Source of the DNA: Trichoplax adhaerens
Taxonomy: Eukaryota > Animalia > Placozoa
Reading direction: 5' to 3'
NCBI RefSeq assembly: GCF_000150275.1
Contig: NW_002060946.1
Coordinates: 4,173,454-4,237,453 of the forward strand
Length of the DNA stretch: 64,000 bases
A program made the translations under genes and the position numbers. The notes under the pieces were generated by a model. The model was not told where the DNA came from and did no database searches. It worked only from the letters and a program-made list of their open reading frames with translations. The first letter of the stretch is position 1, and each line of letters begins with the position of its first letter. This document shows positions 13,440 to 28,929 of the stretch, piece by piece.

Positions 13440-14540
13440 TTCTTTATTGCATTAATCAGTTCTTCTACTAGCAGACATCTAACAATTTAATCTACAAGAA
13501 TGAATAATCCATTTATTCTACACCACTAATGAATCTTCACTAATAGACACTTTTACAATTTAATCTACAAGAATGATTTAATTATCATACATTTCATATT
13601 ATTACATAAATTAATACTTCTACTACTAGATGCCCTTACGGTTTAATGTGCATGATCCATTTATTATAAACTTCATTTTATTACATGAATCAGTTCTTCC
13701 ACTAATAAGTCCCTGCTCATAGACGTTTTCTCTTATGATTTAATCTATAAGAATGATCCATTTATTGTATACTTCATCTTATTACATAAATTTAACTCTT
13801 CTGCTAACAGTCACTCTTGCCATTTAATCTGCTAGAATAGTTTATTTATTCTACGCTTCATTAATTAAATGAACCAGTTCTTCTACTAATAGCCCTGCTA
13901 TTAGATCACAGAGGCTCTTATAATTTAATCTATAAGAATGGTCTATTTACGATAGACTTCACCTTTTTACATAAATTACGATAGTTTTTCCAATAATAGA
14001 CACTCTTATAGTTTAATCTACAAAAATGATCCATTTATTTTATACTTGGCTTTGTTACATAAATCAGTTCTTCTAATAATAGGCACTCTTACCGTGTAAC
14101 TTGGTATAAGAATGATTCATTTATTGTACCTTTTATTTTATGACATATCACTCTCGCTACTAATAGACACCCTTACTATTTGATCTATATCAAGAATGAT
14201 TCATGCATTGTATGGTATCTTTCATTTTATTACATATATCAGTCCCACCACTAACAGACACCCGTACGATTTAATCTGCAAAAACGATTCATTTATTCTA
14301 TACTTTTTTTATCTCTTAAATCAGTTTTCCACTAATAAACACTTTGCAGTTTAGCCTAGGTATAAGAATGATGACTCACTTATTGTACACTTTATTTCAT
14401 TACAGAAATTAGTTCTTCTACTAATAGGTACTCTTACGATTTAATCTACACTTTATTTAATTCAAATGAATCAGTTCTTCTACTAAAAGACGCTCTTATG
14501 ATTTGGCCAACAAAAATGATCCATTATGCCACTTCATTAC
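13440..14540. repeat. Degenerate minisatellite, ~80-95 bp unit, ~13 copies
   Basis: Recurrent TTTAATCTAYAAGAATGATCCATTTATT and AATCAGTTCTTCTACTAATAG blocks. Confidence 0.85.
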
Positions 14541-17500
14541 AGCTATAAACATAAATTGATGATAATCTGACACATTTTTAGTCCAATACTTATAAAGCTG
14601 TAGTTCAATGCACGATAAAGAGTAGAAACATACAATTAAAACATAAAATGATGACTAATATATTCTACATTCTATGTTATTAATATAGAATGATTATAAA
14701 TTGCAAAAGTAATCATGCTTCAAGCTGATAAGAGTAACACACTTATGCGTATGTGTATAGCGAAGTATTAGATATTTTCACGATATTTATAGCTTTTAAT
14801 ATTCCTAAATGGAATCACATACTTTTGAAATATCTAAACTGTTAGAGATATCTAATCCATAACGTATGGCAATTTTAAAATTTATTGTCTTTCTTTACTT
14901 GATCTTATATGGAAAGTTAAACATTTCTTCCAGCTATACGTAGGTGGAGAGCAATTTACGCGTATTAAGTAATCTACTTGCAGTCTAGTCTATGTAAAGC
15001 ATAAAAATCTATCTAGTGTTCGCTTTATAGACGATTACCGTATTAGTGATGATAAGAAAGGTTAAATAGATAGGATACGGCTATATAAATTAAATTTATC
15101 TCATTTAATTTATTTATCACAGTCTAAGTTAATCACTTCAGTGTAGTAATTACAATTGAAAGTATTTAGTCTAGATTACATACGCAAAATTGCAACACAC
15201 CAATTCAGGATTTATTCCACCATCTTATAAATTTAAGGATGGCCTAAAAATTCTTTTAATTAACCAAGAGCAATTTCGATTCAATTTTAATTCTTTTTGT
15301 CTACCTTTCATTTTGCACTTTTAGTCTGAAAAATTTTAGCCAATGGTAATAATATGACTTTAGTTAAAGCTAATACCGGAGACACAGTAGATTAGCACTA
15401 AAGGATTTTACCTATAGACATTATATGTCTTCTTTACTCATGTTGTATGTTCTATTATAATAATTTTTATTTTTTCCTATACTACATTAAATAAGGGTGT
15501 AAGCTCATCAGACTACTGGAATCCTTTCTAGCCATACTGTACTGTATAATTAGACAGGGAAATACTGCTGTAGGCTTATAGAATTATATGAAAGCCCATT
15601 ATACAATATACAGTAGTTAAAGTAGTAGCGATTAGCAAGCTGTCCATAGTACTCGTATATGACCTTGACATCATAAAAGGTTGACGTACATATCTAATCA
15701 ACTATATAAATGCAGTTTATTCACGCCTATATTAACCTTTTATCGGCAGTTTTTAGCTCTCATAAGCTTGAGAATAAGGCTAGCAAAGAAAACAGTATTT
15801 TTATTTAGAAGAAAATAGCAGTTAAAGCCTCTATTTTGATTAACAATCAATGAATAGCATAGGTTTTAATCAATCTAGGATATCATATGGTTGAAGCTAA
15901 TACAAAAGCTGCTATAGTTTTTTGCCTCTAAAAATTCAATTCTATCAAAAACGCGCATTACAGAAGTACGAATATATGAGCTTCAGATTTAAGCCAATCA
16001 TTTCGAGCATTGCACGTGCAAATATTTCTATAGTATGCATAATGAATTTAACGGACATGAATGAGGTGAGATCGGAAAAAGAATATGCTTTGCAATATAT
16101 CACTAAATAAAAATGTTCTAGCTGTCCACAGTGTTACTGTAAATTAAATTGGAACAACGATATTTCATTAACATTGCATTTCGGATGGCTAACTTCGAAC
16201 ATTATTGGATTGCATGATAGTGCAAAGAAAAAATTGATCTGCAAAAGATATTTCTTCGGCTTGAATCTTGCAATCAAGGTCCTTCTAGCGAGCTACAGTA
16301 AATTAATACATAGCCATTAAATTTGAAAATAGGACAGCTTAATTAGTGGACATTGTGTACTTAATGCTCTTGTTTTGATACAATAAAGCAAGCAACTATT
16401 TACTAAGACGATGTTCCATTGTGAGTATTTGCAACACCGCTAATTTAGCCAAAATTTTTTGAAATTAAGGATAAAATATACGTGCAGTACTAGGTCATAA
16501 GTAAAATTTATTTTCGGGAGCTTAATTAATAAAGTTCTGTGTATCACTGTGATGGAAACTTTTGTAATAGATTGTAGAACTTCTTAAATGTTTTTCTTTA
16601 GAATTGGCCATATTATAGTTAGCAGGAGCACTACGAAATGCTCAAATGAAGATATGGAGTAGCTGTAATGATATGGCCACGAATGCTAAATTAATAAAAT
16701 GCTTCTGCTATAGCAAAATAATAAACGATTGTACATTATAGGATAAAAGTATTTAGGTCCAGAGTTCCATCTCACTGTCACATGATATTATCGACAAAGA
16801 AGTAACTCTAACGTTCAAAATAGACATTGACCACTTCATTAATATTTATGCCGTACAACTCAACTGATTACAGTAAATGCCCAAATTACCAGGATAGCAT
16901 CTTCTAATAACATTCTTTATTTTAAAGCAATATCACTTTTCGGGTAAAATTACAACGTGCTGATGATGCTAAAATTCTTTAGCAATCTTTCATGATAAAT
17001 TCAACCATTCATCATAATGTTGTATACAGTTCGATTAACGTGAGCGTCCGTATTAGGATCGAAAATTTTAGAATAGAGAAAAAAATTTCACTTGATTACA
17101 ATAGCTTTGTCGTGATCAAGAAGTTAAAGTGATGCTACTGTTTAGTCTGGACCTTGATCAAGGCACAAATCTAATATAGTCGAATGTAATTATTTATTAT
17201 GATTATGGTAGTTACGCGTAGTACTGTAACTGCTATAGCAATTGTCGATATTAGCTTTAATGACAATCTTTGAGTTTATTTACTTTTGTAACGGATAATT
17301 AATTTTTTTCATTGAATTTATTTCCCACAATTGCTTGTATTTGATCAAATAGACTATCCAATAATTATAAGCAAAGGAAGCGAATGATAATTTAATGGAT
17401 TGTTCTTTTTCTATTTTTCTATTTTAAAAGCAAATAATAGCTAATTATGTAAGACTCTTGTTATAGCTGGAGGTAAAATTTTTCAATGCTTTTCGTTACA

Positions 17501-19495
17501 ATAGCTATTTTATTAGCATTGCATTCTGTTATACGTAGATTTATGTTTATTTCTTATTTAATACTTTGACATTATTTTTTCCTTAAGAACAATGGGATTA
17601 TATGCCCTTGGACTTAAGAATGTCTTTAGTAGCGAATAATTGTGATAGAATAATTGAGCATCAGGCGCACTGTTGGATAGAATAGTGCACGCTTACTCTA
17701 TAGGTGAAGGTGAATGATCAAATATTATACTATACGAGTATTATAATTATAGGAGAAGGTATAAGAACTATCAGAATAGAGGGGAAAAAAATAATGCTTA
17801 CAAATAATCTACTTCTGCATTTGCTATTAGTTCTTCGATATCCTACATTAGTTTATAATATATAGTTGAAAGTGATTTTTTTTATTATATAGCATTGAAG
17901 AATATTAGGTCCAGTGCCAGTTCAGGCAATTCGCGAAAGAGCAACAGCATATTCTAACAAAGTATCCAGTTATTTGATAGTTTCAATCTCATTTAGTTAG
18001 AATAAACATAATAATGCAGCGCATCGAATTTTGGACGATAGTATCTTCCTATAGAATCGTAAGTTAATAACTGAAGGATATAAGTATTGCATGCAATCAC
18101 ACTTCTTCTGTGTCTATTTCAGCCCATTAGACCACTAACTTTATTTACCCATTTATCTCGTGCAATGTCCATATAGTATAATTCTAATGAATATCTTATT
18201 GACTTTCCCACATGACATGCTCGTTAACTATAATATATTATTTAATTTGAATGAAACGTGAAAGAAGGTAATACACTAACTATTGAAACTGCCGTAATAA
18301 CATCCAAAATTTTTGCAGAATTACTTCCGCTGTTTTGTAAAAGTTTTGCTCTCTGTATACCAATGCATAGGTGAGCGATTTAAAAAGTGTGAAATAACCC
18401 AATTATATCTTAGTGAAGACTTCCTTGAATTATGCAGATCATGTAATGTATGTCAACTGATTCATTAAATTTTTTTGCAACGTAATAGGTGGCGTGATAT
18501 GAATATGCTACAAAACTGCCATATAATCCTATTCTAATGATATATATAATCAACAAGTAAATTATTAGTTCAAATAATGTATTAAAAATCATACGCAGTA
18601 GATCTGAAATATACTGTGCAGTCTGTGGGTGTTTCCTTAGCCCTTCTCATATTTGTTTTACAGCAAGATCCCGTGCATTATCATACAAATGCTTTCACCA
18701 ATTCTGAATACTATATAGTAGCTAAACAATGTCGTCCAAAGCCATTGAATTTTTTCTCCTCCCACCATATTTTTATTGATATTTGGATTATATTACTCTG
18801 TTACAAGTGCTTAGGTTAATTAAAAAAGTGATTTATTTAAAAATTACTTTCTGAACAGCGACCAATCTTGCTGGAACAGCTTTGAAAAAGAAATGCCTAC
18901 AGCTTTAGTTTTAAACTATTTAATAGCAAAATTTAAACCATGATTTAATATAACGCCATTTTCCTACAGATGATAGCTACAGACTATTTCTGTAATTTTC
19001 CGTATATCGTTAATATCTTAGTACGAAATGTAGCGAGTCATCCAGAGATCCTAGGCTACTCTTACGTGCTAGTTCTAACTTATGATATGCGATGGACCTC
19101 TACAATAGATATCGTATAGTCCATGGCTATATTCATGGAAGTTTATAGAAACGCTAAATAATTTTTGTCAATTGTATATTACTAGCCTAATAATATATTC
19201 TATAATTTGTGATAAGTAAAAAGAAAACGATGAGTAAATTACGCCCGTATACCCTCCTTAAGGATAAGGAATAAAAATTTCTCGCGTTATTCACTCGCGT
19301 TTATTTACCATTTCTGCGATACAACAGCAAAAAGTCAATGAAGATAGATTTGTAAATATTATATTTATCGGAGTCCGTTAATAGACGCCGGAATATTTTA
19401 TTTTATACGTATACATACTGTAGAACTGTATAGGTATATGCTTATGCTGACTATTGTATAGCTTGAGAATAACGTAGCCAACACAAGTAATCTAT

Positions 19496-19641
19496 AGAAT
19501 ACTCCCTATTGCCTCCTTCATACACCGAATTGGAACGCCTTTATTATAGCTATAGTACTTTAATAGATGCAGAATACTCCTCTATTGCTTCTTTTGTAAG
19601 ATGAATTAAAACCATATTTGCTTGCTATAGCTATTTTAATG
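19496..19641. repeat. Two-copy ~75-bp tandem duplication
   Basis: AGAATACTCC..TATTGC at 19496 and 19571. Confidence 0.6.
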
Positions 19642-21413
19642 ATTACGGTAAGAGGAATACTAGACTACCTCACGTTTTTCAAGTAAGCACCGCAATGCCG
19701 TTAGTGGTAGCCACCTACAGAACTGGCGTGGGATAATTATGTACTACCAACAGATTGCTCGAGATTGAAAAGTTATAACGTCGCAAATTTAACAATACTA
19801 CTAAATACTAGTAGTCTACTCGTAGCTTTCCGTTCAGATGTCTTAAATTGTCATATGATGTCAGCTAGCAAGCTATTTACTAATTACGTGATTCATAAAT
19901 CTATAAAGGGGGGGTGGGGTGCAGTAGCTAGACCTACTAATATTGTTGTATTGACTCTTGCGCTATTAAATATTTTATTTCTCCTCCATTAATTGATTAA
20001 TAAATGGGATTTGTATTCTATAGATTACGGTATACGAGTAGAATAGACTTAAATACATATAATCCATTATCTAAGGAAATGATTTCGACTGAAATACTGT
20101 ATCTAAGACCATTTCCGATTGCATACACGTATTGTTAATATTGCTTAACCTTAACTACAGTACTAATTATTAAATTAATGCAGTAATTTATAAGAAAATT
20201 TCTATTTCTTGCTGATCTTCATGGTATGAAACCATCATTACAGTTTACGATTACATCACAGTTTAAAAATAAAGTATCCGCTATCAAATAACTTTTATTT
20301 TATGGGCATGTCCTCAAAAACTCTGCAAATAGATTAAGTCGAGTTTTCATATAATAGGCTTTATAACATTATATAACTGTATGTCTGAACCCTATGATGT
20401 ACTTTCTTATACTGTACTCATATCTTCGGTATACTCTATTAATTATAGAATTAAGTTGCTCGCATTTTCAATTACTTGATAGAGTACGTTCTATGATTGT
20501 TTCGATTTTCTTTCTTAAGTACGCTGCCTAGTATATTAATAAGCATCACTTGCTACTACATTTTAACGGTAATGCCATTAATATCTCACCACATTTGTGT
20601 TTAAATCAAGCATATAAAACAAAGACATGTATCAAAATACTGATGTGTTATTTTGTTTCATACAGGTTGAAATTAGGTAGCCCAGACTAAATCATTCACG
20701 GTATGAATACTTCAAATAACTTATGTAATCCTGTTACAATCTAAATCTAGATAGGGCAAAAAGCGAAGTAACTTATTACCGATGTAATACAATTATCGAT
20801 AAGTAAATAGTAAGTTAAGACTAATAGCATAAGAAGTTGGTCAATCAATCATTACTGTATCCAATATTTGTTTTCCACCGTTGCAGCATTATCATGCAAA
20901 GTCGTTCCGTTATAAGGAAAAATAGATAGAAGGCAACTACGAAATAGCAATTGTATAGCCTCACCTCTTAATCAAATATAGCGTATTCACGATCTCTATT
21001 AATACTGATCTGAGCTAATCATAGGTAATATTAATATCTTATCAATACAAAGTACAGGTACACGGAAAAATAGATTTTTAATCAGTCTACGTATGCATCG
21101 CTTAAGAAATTGTTACGCCAATAATAAGGTGTACAACAAAAACAAGAGCATACAAGAAAGAGATACAGTTCAGAAATATGAGAATATACTTATAAAATCA
21201 TATTTAGTGTGCATCGGCAGTACAAAATATGCAGAACAATAAAGATCGAAAACACTTGACTTGTTAGGAACTATATCTATTTCCAAGTTGTATTTAAACC
21301 ATTTATACTTGTAATCTGGTAGAAAAAACGAATATACCACACGTATACTGATAAATTTATTGCGTACGTGGTAATAAATGATTATTAACTAATTTTAGAT
21401 AAAGGATCTAATA

Positions 21414-24400
21414 TTAACTAGTGCTTGATATTTTATACATTTTATGAACTCTATCGAAATGATTTAACAAGTCCTTAAAGTCAGTTTCAGGTAGAGACTC
21501 TCTCGTTATTGTTTTAGTCTTTCTTTCTTCCCTACTTATTTAGGATCATAAATTAGTGATATCGAAAGGTGCATCTTGATAATAAAATTCTATCGTTAAT
21601 ACAATACTTGATCTCAAGAAAAGCTAAAAAACGTTACATGAAGACTTAAGTACAGAAAGTTAGCTAACGAATAAATGGCAAATGAGATATAAACATCTAC
21701 CACGTAATACAACGACTTATTCCTTCACTGATTATCATGATTACTACTATGCCGTTCGAAAAGTAAAGCTTCTAAATTAGTAGAATTAGTGCAGATCTTC
21801 TTGAAGTTAATTAACTGGTAAAATACAACCTAGTTTAATCACTGTGGTTCTATACCTGCTCTGATATCGCAACGATGAGTGTAGTACCGGAACACATTCT
21901 AAACGCTGCCTCAAAGTGGTGAAAGCGGTAACTTGTGGTAGCAACATTAATAAACCATATAAAGCCTTGACTAAGTAATAGTTATCTTCTATTTCCAATA
22001 GTTGCAAACGTAGATCTACAAGATTTCAAATAGCATGTTATCGTAATATTTTAATATTCAATTTCAATTACCAAAATTCCTCAAAATTAGAATTCCGAAG
22101 GAAGAGTGCCTCAACTACTTAAAGATCAATCATCATGTAGGGTTGAATATAACATCTACTCGTAGTTAATTCATATGATATGTAATCAAAACTGACATGT
22201 GAAACCTGGAGATTCCAATAATTGAACCAGTCGGTCGATTTCAGCCAAAAATTCAACATTTATGTCAAAGTTACCACTAGAAATAATGTTGGTTAAGGAA
22301 TCAGGTGAAATAAATATGATTACATTCGAGAATAATAGAATGTCCACAATACTTTGCAAAATCACTGCCTATTTGAAGCGTATGAACTATGAACTCTACT
22401 GTATTATGAAGACTGCACTTTAAGTATGAATTCAATGAATATATTTTAGTAAACGTTAGAAATTTTATATTTTAGGTAGTGGATACAACATTTCTATAAG
22501 ATCGAAAGCATGTTTGTAAGTTTGAGTTAGGAAACATAAAGAAACGGTAGCCACAGGATTATGACACCACGAGTAATACAGACAACGGAACAAGTTATAA
22601 CTTTCCTATTGTATGAATGTAATAAAAATAAAGATCGAATATTTAAAATGTGAGAAGCAAAATTGTAAAAAAGATAAAAATTAGTAATACTTGAAGCTGT
22701 ATTAATCGTTTACCTCGTCTCTCAGGGCGTTCAATTTCTGTCTTAGGCTGCAAAGTTCATGAGCAGTCATTAAGATTGTATTCAACATTCTAACCATCAA
22801 TACTGTAAATTTTGTGTTATCTGCATCTAAGAGAGTCCTTGCAAAAGCCATGTAGACGTCTTCTGCGTTCAATAAACTACATAGCTGCCTGTAATATATT
22901 TTATTTATACAAATTTAAATAGTTAATGTTAGCCTAATATTTTCTATATTCATGTCATACCGGATAATGACCGAACCACGATCCTTTATAAACTGTTCAT
23001 CGTGCTGAAATTCGTTAGTCAGTTCTGCTATGAATTTCATAAAATAGTCGTCTTTTTTATCTTTCAAATTTTTAAACAATGATCTTGAAGTTTCGAGATC
23101 ACCAGAGGCCTCTTCGGTATTCTCATCTGTAAGGAGTGAGAGAAACATCTTTATTTGGAGCTAGGCAGAATCTTATACGATGATTACTTAATTTGATAAC
23201 GATAACACTATCCTTATATAAAAGTTGATGACATAAATTGTTCATTCTGTCGAGTATACGAGTCTTACGATTCATATAATGTTAAGTTTTACTACCTTGT
23301 GAATACTTAGATGGCGTTGATAACTTCGCTAATACTTTCAAATTTAGAAAGACAACCTGAAAATTAATTGCAATTTCAATATAATATTTTCAATACAGAT
23401 CATAAGTATTTGACGTTTCACCTCGTCCGATTTGTCTTTAAGGGTTTCCATTAAAACTAATCGCAAAGAATCCATCCGATCTGCCATCTAATACAGTGAT
23501 ACATAAAAATTATACGATCTTTATGCATTATAACAAGAAGAACTAATAATTGTCAAAGAAAGTAATATCTGCTATGTCTATTTGGCATCAATGGAATTAA
23601 TATTTTTGCAATAACAACTACCTCGTCTTCTAGGTTAATACTAAGTAAATAAATCCACTCTAAGCTTGCGAGCTTTGTTCGTATTGCAACATTAGAAAGC
23701 ATCCGGATAAGGACATTTAAAACTGTATTAGCATGTAAAAAGCCATCCGGTAATGGTAGTGATACAACAGCGGTTGCAGTAACATCGACATTTCCGGCCG
23801 ATTTTTCTTTCCGTTTATATCTTTGTTGTACAAGTTCCATAAGATTATTATTAATATCAATAGCAGCAGCTCGGATTCGTGAGGCAGTTAAGAAAATGTG
23901 GAGATCTAGACTTAAAATCAGTCACTGGCTATTGATTGTATTAATATGCTATCGAGAAAAGTGTCCCAGTACAATACCAATTCAATTACATTACATAATA
24001 TCAAAAAATTCATTTAGTATTGTCACATTGACCAATACAGATGTTATTAACCGAACGACAGTATCTACAGTATTAAAAAAGTACAAAAGGATATTTTGAT
24101 TAATTCCGCTGTCTTCATAGGCCAAAAGTGGTAAAATTGCAACCAATATATCTGCACAATGCGCAAGCATAGACAAACCATCAATATTTACAAACTCTTG
24201 TAGCCATACGATTGCAGTCAGTTGCGTTACGTCGTCTAAAGTCAAGTTAAAAAATAAATGATATCTACTATTAATTTAGTAATATGTAATGTCGAAGTGA
24301 TGATCGACATTATCATCATAAAATTTATCTATTAATTTAATAATTGCTGATCTGGCGGGTAAAGCTCGTACATTTAAAGCTTACCAGAAGATATACAATG

Positions 24401-27400
24401 AGCCATTAAGACATGAACTAAATCGGAATATTTTACAGTAGCAGCTACACCAGAAAAGCTTCTTTGGCTGATTTCTTTCAAAAATTCTCCTAAAATTGTT
24501 GCACACCTACAGAATTTTGTTTCAGCGAATATATTTATTCACAGAACAAATAGTATAATATTAATTTTTTTTAGCACTTCCTTGAGAGAATCATTTTTAG
24601 TAATGATATTAAAATTTTCTCTTACATTTTGCGTAATTCATCGCCACTATCCCCTAAAATTATAAATAACCCATCTAAAAACTCGGGTAAATAAGCTAGT
24701 AGGTCGAACTTCGGAATGCTTTGCAGTACAGAGATCTATTAGCATAGTAGTTTACATATTAAATGAGTAAATTGGTCTAATTGTAAAAATGGAATTGACT
24801 TGAAATCAACTATTCCTCAGTAAATAGGTATCAGCTGTTATTAAGTAATTCATACAGGAATTTTGTAAATGTGGTTATCTAATAGTTACCCAAGAAACAA
24901 CAAATTGCCTAGCGTAAGGATTTTTGGTATAGATTCGATCTCTTAAGAGCGGTATAAATGTGACAACATTTACAGGAGTAGATTTTTCAGTCACAATGTC
25001 CTAAATTAAATAGATTTATTTATTAATGCAACATTAAAACTATTTATACCAAGAAGACTAGTTGGGTTTTTTGCTCATTACTACTATAGTTTGAATTCTC
25101 AATTGTAATTTACTAACTTTCATTAGCCTATCCAGCAACTGAGCTCCTGTCCTGACACTTGCATCTCCTATTAACTAAAGAAATAAAAATAGTGAGATTG
25201 AATGCGAGCTACCCAGCTTTGAATACACATTGATTTTCAAAGTATGATCTTGCACGTAGCTGCATGAAGTAATGCAATGTTAAAATATTATTTGCTATTA
25301 GCGTAATAGTGCTGAAAGCATACCTTACTAAGACCTTTGAAAACATCATTCAGATACATTAAAATATCGTCACGAATAACCTTTGCAATATTGTACATCG
25401 CTTCGCAAGCAAAAAATCGAGTTTCCTTATCACTATCGTCGAAACATCTTAGAATAACGGGAATAACATCTTTCATGTATTGATTAGCTTCCTAAAAATT
25501 ACATTGGTCGTTAGTATTAGAAGTCAAAAACATATTTATTTATTAAAAATGTTGTCCCGGTAGTCTGTAAAAAGCTAACGACGATATAGCATGAAGCTGC
25601 ATACAGATATCTTTTCTTAATCTCATAATGATATTGAAACGAGCTAGTGAGAATAGCGCAAGTGATGGCTAAAAAAATATAAAGTTCTTTTCAAGAGAGG
25701 GCTGATATAGTCAAGTAAACCTGACCATGAATATTTAATTGGTTATGCCAGCTTGAATACATCAATTAATGTTAGAAATTTTTTTTGCTTAATCTAATTA
25801 GTTTACCTCGAAAGCTAAATTTACTAGATATCATACCTTTCCTATCCCGGTTACAATAGCAGCTAGAGCAATAACACCACCTCGGCAGCTGTTGGGATTG
25901 ATATGCGAAAGTACGTAATCATGTATAATTTGACGGATTAATTGAATGACTTGTTGATGCTCATTTTGCTTATGCAAGTCGCGGACGATCCTGTAAAGAG
26001 TAAAGAGTAAAGATAACCATTCAAAATATCATTTGGATATGAAAAGTGACGGGCTAGCCTACAATTGGATGCGAGATTTAGAATATTAAAAATGTTTATT
26101 GAATTACGGTAGCGTTATCATAAAGTGACATCATGCTTTTACTGTACTCGTACACAGCTAGTGTTATGCTAACATGACATTAAATAATAGTGATCATAAA
26201 GAAAGTTTAGCTATAGACTAAAGTATCATCTAGCCAAGTTGAGGAATTTTCTAGATAGTTGAGAAAGCAATTAGAGATCCACTTGTAGAGTTGGTAAATT
26301 ACACATAATAATAATAGTAGCACTCGTATAACTAGGAGTTCATCTTTGCTAGTAGCTAGTGTATTCAGATAGCTGATAATTATAACTGAATTAAATCTAC
26401 AATGAGTTGGCCGAGTTACACTATTAAATGATGAAGTTAGTATTAATACTGTACTGTACAGTACAATTGATCAAGCACGTAAGATTAAATTATGGCTCTC
26501 AGAGGTTAATGTAGTCCGGTTGATGACTACTGTAAGTCAAGCAAGAATGCTTAACACGGGAATGATTTCTTTCAGTACAGTTCTAAGTAACAGCAGAGTT
26601 AACATTAGCTTAATTGATCAAAGTAATGGAATCATTGGTGACATAGCAACATCTACAAGTAGTGAAAGTGAGGCCGTATTGATCCGGATCGACTATGGTT
26701 CAGATTTTGTATTTCAAACAGATCGTTGACAGATAATCTACTCGAACAGTTGCTTACAGTATAGTATTGTGCTTAAGTCTACAACTCCTGAAATTCAGCA
26801 ATCTGAGAACGGCAATTAGTTCCCAGTATTTGGCCGTAATCGAAAAGATAGACAATGAAATAGTTATGGAATTACAGTACATTTACTACTGAGCTTCACT
26901 AAGGTACGTTTGCAAAGTTGACACTGAATATGCATTGAATGCGCCAGGTCAACTGTGATTCAGATTTTTGAGGTTTCGTATTTCTTAATTAACTTATAAT
27001 TAATTTGATAATGAATCTACCTGGCTAAGTCTATAAGTCATGAACTTTAGCGTTAATTTCGCTAATCTAAAGAACAGCAATTCTCAGCATTTGAGCGTAA
27101 TCGAAATGACTAACAGTGAAAAAGTCATAGGATTAAATTTGCTAGTGAACTGTATTAGGATACGTTTGCAACTGAGGAATTGAACATGAATAATAAGCCG
27201 GATCGACCGTGGTCTAGATTTTAAGATTTCACGTTTCATAACTTATAATTTGAAAATGAATCTACTGGGCTAAGTCTATAAGCCATGAAATTCAGTAACC
27301 TGAGAATAATAACTGCTTCTCAGTATTTGACTGAATCGAAATGACAGGCAGTGATAAAGTAATGTAGTTAAATTTCCTTTTAAACTTTACTAAGATACGA

Positions 27401-28561
27401 TGACATCGAAGAAACATTGAATGAGTCAGATCAACTGTGGTTTGCATTTTTGAGATTTCACGTTTCATAACTGATAATTTAACAATAAATCTACTGGGCT
27501 GAAGTCAACAAGTCGTAAAATTTAGCATTAAGTTAGCTAAGATGAGAATAGCAATTACTTTTCAACGTTTGCCTTTAATCGAATGACTGACAGCGAAGAA
27601 GTCTTGAAATTAAATTTGTCAGTGAACTTCACTGAGAATCTGAGATACATTTGCAGCAAAGGACATTGAACATGAGTTGATCGATCTAGTTCGACTGCGG
27701 ATCAGATTTTATGAGATTTCATGACTGATAATTATAATTGGACGAAGAATCTACTGGGTTAAGCTCTGTAAGTCATAAAATTTAGTATCAAGTTAGCTAA
27801 TACGAGAATTGCAATTAACCTCTCAGCATTATACTCGAATTAGTTATATCATAACTCTGCAACTACACATTGACACCATAAATGTAAGCGTCCATTTTAA
27901 TGACGTTATTATCTACTACAAATGAACTTCACTGAGTTACTGTATACAGTTCGTTATGCTATGACTGCACAATTGCACATGAATTACATTAATGTCGATT
28001 TTAATAACATTATTTTTCACTACAGATGAACTTGACTGAGTATCTGCGATACGCTTGTAACCGAGGATATTGAAAATGAGTTGATCGACTATGATTCAGA
28101 TTGATGAGTTTTCATGGCTGATAATTGATTCTAATTGAACGAAGAATCTACTCAGTGAAGTCTAAAAGTCATAAAATTTAATATTAAGCTAGCTAGTATA
28201 AGAACAGCGATCATTTCTCAGCATTTGACTTTAATGACTAACAGTGAAAAATTCTTAGAATCCAATTTGCTAGTGAAATTCACTGATACACTAGCAACCG
28301 AGGACGACAATAGCGTTGATGAATTAATTTTAAGCAGAGACCGTGCTACGTGTTCAACAGCAAGGTAAATTGCGTTGATTTATTCACTAAGAGAGTATCA
28401 TGCTTGAATTCTTAGGATTTCAATCTTTTATACGACACGTATACTGTAAGATTGACCTACCTTTCAATTTCCAAAGCAGCAGCTTTTCGTTTCTCATAGA
28501 ATTTGTCGTTTAGACCCCGTGCAGCATTAGGGGCAATGGTCATTAAATCTTTGTTGGGCAT
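21414..28561 (-). CDS. VAC14: VAC14, PIKfyve/Fab1-FIG4 complex scaffold (HEAT repeats), 17 exons, ~721 aa
   Basis: Exons (5' to 3'): 28561-28461, 25990-25837, 25491-25324, 25174-25118, 25000-24890, 24735-24626, 24506-24385, 24235-24095, 23878-23622, 23487-23422, 23356-23296, 23126-22961, 22888-22714, 22605-22487, 22276-22197, 22015-21856, 21531-21414; phases consistent. Motifs: [72 protein letters not shown]. Confidence 0.96.
22277..22486 (-). other. U12-type GT-AG intron (VAC14 intron 14)
   Basis: 5' splice site GTATCCAC; perfect branch site TTCCTTAACC at 22300-22291, 14 nt from the 3' AG. Confidence 0.85.
23879..24094 (-). other. U12-type AT-AC intron (VAC14 intron 8)
   Basis: 5' splice site ATATCCTTTT; 3' end TTTCTTAACtgcctcAC; the join restores frame (CAA A|GA ATC CGA). 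Confidence 0.92.
26560..28300. repeat. Degenerate ~240-280 bp tandem repeat (~6 copies) in VAC14 intron 1
   Basis: The AATCTACTGGGCTAAGTCTATAAGTCAT..AATTTAG block recurs near 26736, 27014, 27259, 27488, 27748 and 28146. Confidence 0.8.
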
Positions 28562-28929
28562 TTCAATGAAGTTCGTATCAATCAAAACATAGGAAACTTT
28601 ACAGCGTAATAATACGGTAGGTCGATGTTTACTCTCGTGTTTGCAAAGAATATCCTTGGATCCTATTCTATTTTCGCTTCGTATAGATTCAAGGATGGCA
28701 GTCAATGAAATCAGACGAGACTTTTTAACTTTTTACTTCCAATTAAGGTCCAAACCTAACTTGATCAGCTATCGAATGTTGCGTTTCCGATGCCCCAGTT
28801 GAAAATGTCGGAAGATCCACTAGAAATCGTGCACTGTATGGAACCCAACTAAAGGAGTCCGGGCGGGCGTTATCCGAAGATAAGTCCGAAATACTAGATC
28901 GACCTTGAATACCACCCCCGCGAACACCT

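Noticed and set aside
19669-19714. Possible upstream exon of the RAPGEF1-like gene (minus strand, WLPLTALRCLLEKRE, phase-compatible)
   Set aside because: Supported only by splice dinucleotides; no homology recognised.
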